Source: Octopus vulgaris (lineage: Eukaryota). From it: a stretch of 64,000 bases of DNA. This document shows positions 1 to 12,289 of the stretch, in pieces (position 1 is the stretch's first letter; each line of letters starts with the position of its first letter). The translations under genes were made by a program, and so were the position numbers. The notes under the pieces are model-generated. The model was not told the DNA's origin. It ran no database searches and saw only the letters and a list, made by a program, of their open reading frames with translations. The stretch is taken from positions 67,642,001 through 67,706,000 of the forward strand of contig OX597824.1 of NCBI GenBank assembly GCA_951406725.2, read 5' to 3'.

Positions 1-209
1 CTACTCTAGGCACAAGACCCGAAATTTTGGGGGAGGGTGCCAGTCGGTAAGATCGACACCAATACGCAACTGGTACTTAATTTATCGATCACGAAAGGAT
101 GAAAGGTAAAGTCGACGTCGACGGAATTTGAACTCAGAACGTAACGGCAGACGAAATACTGCTAAGCATTTCGTCCGGCGTGCTAACGTTTCTGCCAGCT
201 CGTCGCCTT
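1..209 (-). mobile_element. tRNA-derived SINE, family 1
   Basis: Reverse complement has an A/B-box-like head and a gtcgacttt-cctttcatcctttcg-ataaattaagtacc core. Related copies at 21371-21500 and 52648-52869. Confidence 0.8.
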
Positions 210-529
210 GGCATTATATAAATATTGAAAGAAAAAACAAATAAACGTAATGAATGTGCAAGTGAGAGAGAGAGATAAAGAAATAAAGAAATAGATTGAT
301 TGATAGGTGACAGAAATGTCACTTTAGGAAGAGAAAACTGCTTTCGTAAGAGAAAACTCCTTTCGCGAGAGAAAAAATTATAAAAATAAAGAATACTAAC
401 AGAGAGAGAGGGGGAGAGAATGAGTGAGAGAGAGAGGGGGCGAGAATGAGAGAGAGAGAAAGAAAGAGCTGTTACAGTACTCTGAACACACACCCTACTA
501 AAGAATGCTTGTCACTGCTGACTAGTTTG

Positions 530-1643
530 CAGAATGCAGTCGGGGCCTGAAGACAATTTGGAAGCTTGCTTTCTAATAAATTTTTCTATTAAACTGGGAA
601 AAGACGCTACGCAAACATGTGAAATGTTCCAGACTGCTTAAGGGTCAACTTTTGTGGGTCAAGCATCTGTTTTTCGCTGGCACAAGGGTATAGGCAAAAC
701 AAATCCACCGGAAAGCTCATGATGATCCCCTTTTTCGACAGCTAGGACATCATTTATATCCAATGTGGTCCCTCTGGTCAGACAGTCAACAAAGAGTATT
801 TTTGAGGAGGTTTTGAGAGTTCAGAAAAAGATTTCTCGCAAAATGCCGGAGCTCTTCCACTCGGGTCGGTGGCCCTTGCATCAGGACAATACACCAGTTC
901 ACAATTCCAATACAGTAATCATCTGTGACAGGGATGGGCATAAAAAAACTTTCCCTCACTCACCTTACAGTACAGACCTTGCTCCTTGTGATTTTTAGTT
1001 GCTGAAGGAAAACGTAAAGAAAAGTAATTTTGTAAACATTAAGAAGATGAAGGAGACTGTGACAAGGATCCTGGACACCTTCACTTTAGAGGAATACTAT
1101 CTCTCTTTTTTTTTCTCTCTTTTTACTTGTTTCAGTCAATTTGACTGCGGCCAAGCTGGTGCACCGCCTTTAGTCGAGCAACTCGACCCCGAGACTTATT
1201 CTTTGTAAGCCCAGTACTTATTCTATCGGTCTCTTTTGCCGAACCACTAAGTAACGGGGACATAAACACACCAGCATCGGTTGTCAAGCAATGCTAGGGG
1301 GACAAACACAGACACACAAACATACACGCACATACATATATATACATATATACGACGGGCTTCTTTCAGTTTCCGTCTACCAAATCCACTCACAAAGCTT
1401 TGGTCAGCCCGAGGCTATAGTAGAAGACACTTGCCCAAGATGCCACCCAGTGGGACTGAACCCGGAACCATGTGATTGGTAAACAAGCTACTTACCACAC
1501 AGCCGTGGACTTTACGAAGTAGATGGAGCTCTAAAACAAGTGCAGGGGATCCTAGATTGAAGGGCATTAGAATTTTGTGTTTCTTTGAAATAAATAAGTG
1601 CCCCTCTTGAAAATCTCGCAAAACCTCTGGAATGCACTTTGTA
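530..1643 (+). mobile_element. Decayed mariner (DD34D-type) transposon, interrupted by a SINE
   Basis: IKFSIKLGKDAT...VFRWHK N-terminus; LHQDNTPVH and HSPYSTDLAPCDF motifs; stops and frameshifts. Confidence 0.85.
1118..1505 (-). mobile_element. tRNA-derived SINE, family 2, nested in the mariner
   Basis: Nearly identical to 50180-50577. Reverse-complement head tggctgtgtggtaag...gggttcagtccc followed by cttgggcaagtgtc. Confidence 0.85.
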
Positions 1644-1847
1644 TGTTTTCTGGAACACATTTTCAACAGATATGCAAATAGCTAGAGGGTGAAACGAATA
1701 GTGTTAGCGAGAAACTTTGATACCACTATATATGTATGGAGTAGCATGTGTTATATAATGAAAATCATTGATAACAGTCTTAGTAATTAAAACCATGTAT
1801 TTGAATATTTTTAAAGTTTAGATTCGATAGAAAGGACATTTACTTAC

Positions 1848-1920
1848 CACGAGTTTGAGGAAAGGTGATGCCATGCATGCAAGGCGTGTAAAAGTTGTAA
1901 CAAAACCACTTCCAACACTT
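1848..1920 (-). CDS. SLC22 copy A exon 9
   Basis: 73 nt, [28 protein letters not shown] flanks. Confidence 0.9.
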
Positions 1921-4004
1921 CTACAATCACAAGAGATTTACGGCGATAAACAATGTTTAATAAGAATTTATAAATCGACAAATACTTCAGATACACTAAG
2001 CTATAAAAGGTAGAACAAGGGGTTACACTCTACAGAAAATGTCTCGTTTGTTTAACTTGTCTTTAAATGTAACAACGATTACATTGTTTCTACCCTGTCT
2101 CCAAAATCCAGTTTCCTAATGTCTCCAAACAGCAATTAAATTTCGGCAATGAGCTTTACTAGTTCAAACTTCTCTCATTCCTAAATTAGTAGAATACAAG
2201 TCTTTCAACTTCAAATTGATAAAATCAAAAGTTTTACAAGAAATGAAATTAAGTAAGTTTAGGGGACGACACGACTTAGGAAAGTATAAATATGCAATTA
2301 GTTAATTAAAATAAAACTGAGATACGAACTACAATTTAAATTATGGAAATGTATTTATCTATTTTAATATGAATTTGAGACTCAGTTAAATTTTATTTCA
2401 ATTTTGAATTCCAAATTTAATTCCCATGTTCTGAGCCAAAGGTAGGCATCTTGCCATTTCTACAGAAACATTTATTACCAGTGGTTTCGTACCTTATTTG
2501 TGTAGGATAGAGTTCTGAGGTGTAAATGTAATCACCACAGGAAGCAGCATTCAGTCCAGCGGCGGCCAAAACATACAAACCGAGAATGACATATTCCATT
2601 GTTTTACTGCTCTCTAGAAGAAAAAAAAACGTACGTTAGCGATGAAAGAAGCCTTAGTATTTAGGCAAGAATTCGATGAAACCAATATAAGGTGTGCCAA
2701 TACCAATAATAATAATAACAACAAAATAACAAACAATGGTGATTTCTAACATAGGCAAAGGCCATTAATTTTAGGTGAATATTTAATAATCATATTGACC
2801 CTAGGACAAGAGGGCTACTGAGCCGTGGTAATGATTGCGATAATGCTGCCACAGAGAAAGATCAGCGACATGCGTTGCAGTAGCCACTCTACATTGTGGT
2901 TCTCGTTTCTCTGACATGTTTGAATTAAACGTGTTAGAGAAATAACAGAAACTTCTATTCATCGCAACTTGGCGTTCAGCCAGTTTTACAGGAATGTCAG
3001 CTGAAATTTTGAAAGACCATCGTACCTTAGGTCTTGAATGCCTTTTGGACCCAGGAAATTAATGAAACCTGTTAGCAATAAATGGGGATAGAGTGACAAG
3101 CTGGATAAATGGTTTAGGCGACTTTGGAAAAGGAAAACTGTAAGAACTGAATCAGTCTTTATTTTAGTGATATGAAACTATAATTTTGAAAGTGAAAGTT
3201 GCGTAAATGAGAAATGAATATTTTGATAACCACAATATTTGAAAAGCAACTATAAAATCTGAGATATTGGCACATTGTAGTACTGTCGGTTACATAGTAT
3301 TAGATTGTATTAAACTGGAATGTAACAGAGAGTATTGAGTATAGACAGTAACATTGGTATCGTTATGAAATTATATGAATAATAATCCAGCGAAAGAAAG
3401 AAAGAGATAGTGATAAAGTGAGAGAAAGATAGAGAAAGAAGGGTGCATAGTTTGCCTATACTGTGCCATTACAGACACGTGCTACACTGCTAAACATTCA
3501 TGTATACTTTTGTTCGATCAAATTTCAGATAGTTAATATGACTGATGTCGATATTTACCGCGGCACTTGGAAGGAAGGATTTTTTTACTATGTCACAGTT
3601 GCGGGCTCATATATTCCCTTCTGATGTTAGAAATAGACAATTAAAACTGCAGAGTATCGCCCCGTTTTCATGGGTGAACGCAGAAAATTCGATATCGCTA
3701 TGACAACCAAGTGGATGTTAATCCTACTACCTGAGTGAGATACCATAAAACACTATTGCAGGTAAGTAAATAGTAGGATGAATAAAGTGATTACAAGGTT
3801 GTTAAAGAAAAAAAAATGAAAAACATGCTACAAATATAGAATATATATGCTTGATATTACCTGCCAATATTTTTATCAGCGAAACAGAGATGACACACGT
3901 GGCAGAAAGTATCTTTAAACTTTGTAGGGATATTTTGTGACCGAATCTAAGAAAGAAAAACCGTTTCAGTACATATATATATATAATATATATACAGACA
4001 TATC

Positions 4005-4065
<61 letters not shown>

Positions 4066-5326
4066 CTTCATCAGATGGAAGTTTATATATATAGGGTGCG
4101 TAAGATATTTGAGAGGACAGATTTATATTTATAAAAAAACCCAGATATATAACAGATAATAAATAAAAAAATCATATATAATAACAGATAACTTTATTTA
4201 TCAAAAAATGCTATGAGGATAGAAATAAACCTTCTGTTCTATAATGGTATTCAATAAAGTCACCTTTAGCTTCAACAACTGCTTTTATATGAGATCTAAA
4301 TCATCTACCTGTTCAAACCAAGTGGTCCTGGTTCATTTTGGACATTACTCTGATTATGGCTTCTTTCAAAGTATCTTTGGTGTTATGGGCGTGTTCAATG
4401 ACCTCTCTCTCAACAATGCTCCACGTATAATAGTCAAATGGATTGAGATCTGGGGACTAAGAAGGGCAAACGTTAGGGATTATGTGATCATGTGTTACCA
4501 GAGCCATGTGGATAGTGCATATATAGCCTTCAATTGCAAACACTGTCTGCCCAGGGTTTAACGATTATTTCCAAGAGCTCAATGTAGGTGGCAGAGTTAA
4601 CTCTAGGGCCTTGTGGAAAGAAGTAAGGAGGCATCACATGTCCTTCATTGCTGACAACCCTAAAACCATGACAGTTGCAGGAAATTTTGTATGCATAACA
4701 CTTGGAACTTCAGAAGGGTCTGAACATAACCATCTGTCATTTTTCTGTTAAATTTTGGCCGATGTTTTTCTCATTTGAGAAAAACCAAATCAAATCTTTT
4801 TCTGTTGGATTTTTCAGCTTGTTTAAGAGCCTTTTATATCTGATGTAGTGATTTTCTTTTGCTTTTTCTGACAAATTGATCTTTCCTCATCATATAAAAC
4901 TTATATCTTATGTCTTCGTGGACAACATTTCTGACTGCTACTTCTGATACATGGAGATATTTTGCAACTGACCTCATAAACTTTCTGGGTTTGTACTCAA
5001 TGGTCTGTTGAACTTACTGGATACATTTAGATGTTCTCATGATTTCACAGCGTTTAGAATGCTTTTTATGCTTTGATACTGGTGATACGTTTCCATCTTC
5101 AGTCTCTAACTCCTTACAAACTTTGTAGATGAAAGATCTGACAACTTTTAAAAATCGAGATATTTCTAAATGGCTATGATCAGCCTTTATAACCACAGTA
5201 ACAGCATGCCACTTCATTTTTTGAGTAAGCTGAAGATCTGTCATAATTATTTTCTGAAACAAAGATTATACAGAGTTAGAAAAAAATACAACAATGACCC
5301 CCAAAATGTATGTCCTCAAATACCTT

Positions 5327-5414
<88 letters not shown>

Positions 5415-5668
5415 ATGTATGTATGTATGTATGTATGTATGTATACTTTATCAAAAAGCAGCAAAAATATCACAAAAACTGTTACTCAGCGTTTAGAATT
5501 CTAAACAAAAAGGTCAGACGAACGGGACCGTGAAATTGAGTAACATTTTTAATGATATTTTTGGTGCTATATAATAACACATATTAAACTGGTATTCGAG
5601 TACTAATTTTTCCACCTTGTTTCGCATTTATGTGATTACTCTGGTATATACATACATACATACATACA

Positions 5669-5704
<36 letters not shown>

Positions 5705-5865
5705 TACACACACACATATACATATATATATATATTCATTAGCTGAAAGTTTATATATATGTGTGTATGTGTATGTGTGTATGTATATATACGTATGTAT
5801 ATGTATATATATCTGTATGTATATGCATGTATAACGATACATAAATATATAGTGCATGCATGTAT

Positions 5866-5901
<36 letters not shown>

Positions 5902-5950
5902 TATATATATTATATATCATATATATTATATATCATATATATATATATAT

Positions 5951-5998
<48 letters not shown>

Positions 5999-6087
5999 CT
6001 TTAGTTTAATATATTCAATAAGAATATTATATACTGAATTTATATTCTGTGCTCTATTGTATCAAAGTTATATACTTAATACGAGCG

Positions 6088-6120
<33 letters not shown>

Positions 6121-6150
6121 TGTATGTATGTATGTATGTATGTATGTATG

Positions 6151-6208
<58 letters not shown>

Positions 6209-7564
6209 TGTGTGTGTGTGTTACCCAGAATACAAACTCTGAAACCCTTACAGAAAACCGATCGTTAATGAAACTGATGGGTTTTCTATCACTGTAAGAA
6301 CTCCAATTAAATCTATGTGATGTAAGTAAACTTTGCTCTATAAAATCCAGAATGTAGAACAACGTAAGTAAAGAACCGAGTGGCCTTTGACTTAATATAC
6401 GAGTCAGTCGACTTTCTCCATTCCCTCAAATTATTTTAATAGTACATATCAATTACCTTCTTGCTAGCACAGAGTAAATTCCATTAGCAAATACATCAAA
6501 TAAAGCCACCACAGAAGAGTTGAGATAGATGTTGCCAGCAAAAACTTCCATCATTTGAAAAACACTGTTCCATGAACCTACATTTACAGCCCTGTAAACC
6601 AAAGAAACAAACATTGTTAACTTACTCTACTAATATGGATTGTAGACATTTTAACCACGCTTTATGTAATAGGCCTGAAATATATATATTTCTGACTATG
6701 AATGTTTGTGATTAAGGGAATATTGCCTCAAGGAAAAGTTAAGGCTATAAACTGACGAGGATATTTTCAAGATTAACTTAAGAAAACAAATGTAAGATAG
6801 AACTGACTGCATGTAAATTCAGTTTAATACTAGTCAAAAACTTGTGGATAATAGAGTGATAAAAGAATTTAAACAAACAACGTGTCAAATTTATAGAGAA
6901 ATTATTTACACCGTTTTCATAGATATATCTCACTTCATTAATATTCTTTAGGAAAGTAAGTTTCATATAATATACTTTCTAATCATGAAACAAAAATATA
7001 TATTGTCTATTTTGATATTCAAGCACAATCAAAGTTACTTTAATAAAAGTCATACCCTTGATTATTCTTCTGAAGATATAATGGTAACTATTACAATAGT
7101 ATCAACAATAAGACGGTGAAACTTACCGTTCTATAGACACAACGATGGTTACTTTCCTCAGATAAGGTGATTTAAAGATAGCAAGTAACTTGACAGGTAG
7201 TGAGGATTCTTTTTCGGTTTGTAGTTGTTTATGTTGGACAACAGTTGCGACATCTTGTTGGACTTTGGAGTTACCGTTTCGGCACACAAGACTGGTTTCT
7301 TTCATGTGTCCATCAACTTCTTGCGAAGTATTTTCTGAAGTCATGCTCCAGATATTATCAAAGTCGACTTTGTTCTGCTTTGCTGCATGTTTGATAATTT
7401 TTTCGGCTGCTTTTACTTTCGAGTTGGCAAATAGCCAACGGATAGATTCCTTCAGGAAACTGCAAGCATAATAACGTAAATATAAGCTATAAGCTAATAA
7501 TTGTCTGGGCAGATATTCTAAAGTAAATAAGTGTTTGAGGCCATGTGCACATTTATAATACGTG

Positions 7565-7622
<58 letters not shown>

Positions 7623-7697
7623 TGTGTGTGTGTATATATATATATGTATATATATACATACATGTATATATATATATATATGTATATACATACAAGC

Positions 7698-7733
<36 letters not shown>

Positions 7734-7945
7734 GTTTAAATATTTGTTGTGCAAGATTTTTTATGTGAAGTCGTGTGTTGAAACAGATATTGTTATATTT
7801 CGGAATGGTCATATTGCCAGTTTAGCCAATAAAAATAAGATTAAGATTAATGTAAAAAATAAATATCACTGAAGCAAAATAACACCAAATATATAGTGCG
7901 TGTGTTTTTATTGGCTAAACTGGCAATATGACCATTCCGAAATAT

Positions 7946-7985
<40 letters not shown>

Positions 7986-10279
7986 GGAATTTATAATGGA
8001 ATTTACAAAAGAAAAAAAAAACAAAAGACGAAGACGGGTGTGCAAACTACAAACAGATGTATTAGTTTAACGCTCGGGAAGTGAGAAAGACTTTTACGTT
8101 TCGAGCATATGCTCTTCAACAGAGAAGAACACAGAAATAAGCGGAGAGAGAAAATAAAAAAAAGGTTTAGTGGCTAGCGATCATTCATGGCGAATGCCGG
8201 GCAGGGGTGGTCAGACAGGAGAGCTAGGAAGAAGGGGAAATGAAAAAAGTATTGGTGATCCAAAATGAAGGTGCGCGTGCGTAAGTATGTGAGAGCGTGT
8301 ATGTGCGTGTGAAAGAGGGATGGTGACCTTGACGTGTGTGTGTGTGCATGTGTAGGTGTGTGGGTGCTGGGAAGTGGTCAGTACAAGTGTGTGCGGGGTG
8401 GTGTGGTAATGGTGGTGTGGTGGTGTGTGGTGAGGAGGTGTGTGGTATGGCGGTGTGGGAGAGGTGAAGGTGGGGGTGAAGTAAGGATGGGGCGTAGGTT
8501 GAGGTGAGGGTGGGGTATATGGTTGAGGTGAGGGTGGGGTATATGGGAGTGGGGTGGGGTATGTGGGAGTGGAATATGTGGGATGTATAGGGATGGTGGG
8601 GTGGGAATGTGTAGAGGTGGGGTGGGAATGTGTAGAGGTGGGATAACGATGGAGGGGTGATGATGACAGGTACCGACGAGATTTCCCTAACGCACAAGTG
8701 TGGAACTGGATCAACTTCTTAGGGTCATCTAGATATAATATAGATAGCATTTTCCATAGGGAAATAGATAGCAATAGTGTAGGATGCCCACTTTTTAAAC
8801 GGTCGCCTATTCAGACCATAAAATTGTAATTTGTACGGTCGATGTAGATAAGACGCATAGGTTAGGACCCGGGCACTGGAAACTTAACATGTCGTTTCCG
8901 GCACGTATCGTTTACAGGGTCTGGGTCAACAAATTAGTTAAGGAGAAGTTGACAGGGGAAGGTTCGTCAACAACAGGTGGTGGGCGTTTCTAAAAAGAGA
9001 GATTAGAGTAGTGTCGATAGGGTTTACCAAAGAAACTGTGTTAAAAATAGAAAGGTAGAGGGGTTAGTAGCTAAACTAAACTGGATATGCAAGATTTTCA
9101 AGTTGTTTTGAAGGAAATTTAAAATACTCCCAAGAAATGTGGGTAAATAGTACTTACAAGAAATCCACTAGAAAGTATCCTGAGATGACAGTATTAAACA
9201 GGAATAACATGTTCCAACTGTAATCTTTTAACAGGTAGGCTATCAACCCAAGAGAAGAACCAAAGAGTCCCCAGGTACACATAAATATACCAGACATAAT
9301 GATACGTTTTTCCTGTGGGTATAGCTCGCATACCAGAGCAAGGGAGCTAAGAAAATATAGCTGAAAAGGGAACAAAATAGTAAAGAAAATTTCAAACATT
9401 GAAAGAAGATTAAATAGTGTGGATAATTTAGAGTGTTACATAACAATATATATTTGATATCATCGAAATATTAATGTGGAACGTTACTTCATAGAATTAA
9501 TGTTAAGTGTTTCATTAAAAATATATTTATATTTCGAGAGTTGAAGGTTAATCGAACTGATACTGTTTTACTCCATACGTTGATCGGCAGTACATAAATG
9601 TTATGGAAGAAGGATGGACTGCTGTCTTTCTTTTGCAGATAAAAATATAAGCCTTTGGAAATATTTCACGATTATTTGTAAATTTCTTTGTACTTATTGA
9701 AGAAAGTTCAATTTTTACTAAGAGATATGTGTTCTCTACCAATTTATAATCACTGGCAATGAATTTTCCCAAATCTGAGCACGCTGTTTATTCGTATACT
9801 GATGTTCAGAAGACTGGACTATATTAATATCAATCATCATTTGGAAAACTACTAATGGTTCTGTAATATTTTTACTTGTCTCTCTCTATTTTGAATTTCT
9901 TCTACTGATTCCTCAGAGAATCTATATTCTTGATCACTATTAATTTAACTTACTTTAAATGAGACTGACCGAAAGAGAATTACAGGGAAATTCCAACAAA
10001 AATTCGCCAAAGGCTATGAAAATGTATGTATGTATGTACGTACGTATGTATGCAAGCATGCCTGCATGTATGTATGTATGTATGTATGTATGTATGTATG
10101 TATGTATGTATGTATGTATGTATGTGTGTTATATAGAAAGGTTTCGTATTTCAATGATAATGAATGTTCAGTGAAGTGTCGATTTCCTATTTAGATTACG
10201 AAATGTGTGCGTGTATTAACAGTATGTCATAATGAACTGTTTAATAGATCAATGATAATTGATAATGAACTGTTTAATA

Positions 10280-10374
<95 letters not shown>

Positions 10375-12062
10375 TACTGTAGCTGTTTCCGTGTTGATGA
10401 TTACTCTCGCTCTATAAATTATGATATCAAAGAGGTACCTTCTTTTTTAGAAAGTAGGATGAATGGTATTGCATTTTCAGTTGATAGGATTGGGTATATG
10501 ATTGTGGTTTTCATATATGGTGTCTATATGTAACAACATGATTTCAAAGATCTTAGTTGTAGAAAATTATATTTCGACAAGAATTTTGAAAAATGAGCCA
10601 CATATAAGTGTTTTGTCTGTTGAAGGGCAAATTGAATCAGCAAACCTTTCTTTTAATGTTTATTGTTGCTTTAATATCTTTATGTGTTGGTCTTTCCTTT
10701 ATAACCGCTAATGTGTTTCATTGTATATAGTTGATATTTCGTTGATTACAGACTTATTTGATAATGAAACGGAGAGACTTAGTGATATGGTCTTAATAAG
10801 GTGTCTTACTAAATTTTGAGGTTGGTTGGAGAATCTATGTATATAACAGAGTTTTCATTTTCTTTCCTTGTGAGCAAACAATAATCTCACATGTTAAATT
10901 TAATAAAGCCAGTGATTGCTGCCAAACGAACATGAACTTCAACAACCCTTTTACTCTATTTTTACCTATTGATAATTACCGTCTTTCTCTACATTTCTAT
11001 CACTCTCTATACATAACCATCTATTCCCTCCCTCGACAAACTCGTTTACACCACTTCTAATTTCCATAAACATTGATCCTACAAAAGGATGGGCCCTTCA
11101 ATGAAATTATATATGAAACATGAAAACCAAAGAAAGTTGAAAGTTCAATTACTATAATCTTCTTCTTCTTCTTCTTCTTCTTCTTCTTCTTCTTCTTCTT
11201 CTTCTTCTTCTTCTTCTTCTTCTTCTTCTTCTTCTTCTTCTTCTTCTTCTTCTTCCTTCTCTCTTCTTCTTCTTCTTCTTCTTCTTCTTCTTCTTCTTCT
11301 TCTTCTTCTTCTTCCTCCTCCTCCTCCTCCTCTTCTTTTTTTCTGTCTTTCTCTTTCTCTCTCTCTTTGTGTGTGCGTGTGTGTGTGTATAGGGTGTTCG
11401 GGCCAAATTTGACAGTTAGCATAAAACGAAAAGATATCAATATCCCATCTAAAGTTAAAATTATTTTAAATAATCAAAGAATATCAACTAGATAGATTAT
11501 CGCTGAGAGATAGCAGTTTCTTAAAACAGCCGCCTTCAGCTTCCACCATGGCCGCATGGCGGCTCCAGAAACTGGCAGATGCATACCTCACTGTGTCCCT
11601 GGGAAGATCTTCGAGCACCTCCTTGATCTTGGCTTCCTTGATCTCGGCCTTAGTGTTGCAGGCAGAATGGTCGGTGCCTTTCTCAGGTCTGAATTGAACC
11701 TAAAGCTCTGTTCAAAGATGCGGGGCGACATGACGTCATCCTTACTGTAGATACACCCAAAGACCATTACATTTTGAGGGATCTTCCTTTCCACGGTTTC
11801 CATAGTACATCTTAATGCCTTCACAGCGTTTACAGCATTTTGATACCCAGTTCGAATCATCTTAATACAGGTAAATCTTCTCCAATATTCAGATGGCCTC
11901 CAGTCCTCCATGACAGGTAACTTTTTCTCAACAACAACTGTAATCCTTACGCTCTCAACATCTTTAAACTTGATTCCCTCCAATGCCGTTGGATGTTCAC
12001 CAATACCGCAAGCTGTGCCTGAAATACAAAGGACACTTAAAAATTAGTAAAGTTTAACCCGA

Positions 12063-12136
<74 letters not shown>

Positions 12137-12245
12137 TAGATAGATATAGATATATACATATACATACACACATACATACACACACATATGTACATATATA
12201 TATACATACATACATTCATACACACACACACACACATATATACTT

Positions 12246-12289
<44 letters not shown>

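Noticed and set aside
3575-3730. Intron 7 block conserved with 37680-37845 as a hidden exon
   Set aside because: No shared open frame or splice-site pair; exons 7 and 8 already join in phase.
5170-6362. Many ORFs of [12 protein letters not shown] and MYVC type here and throughout the window
   Set aside because: Translations of (TA)n, (CA)n and (TATG)n microsatellites; not genes.
8211-8774. Pro/His/Thr-rich extensin-like ORF
   Set aside because: Antisense reading of a G/T-rich low-complexity tract inside an intron.
11057-11440. Poly-Glu/Lys/Arg ORFs
   Set aside because: (TTC)n microsatellite.
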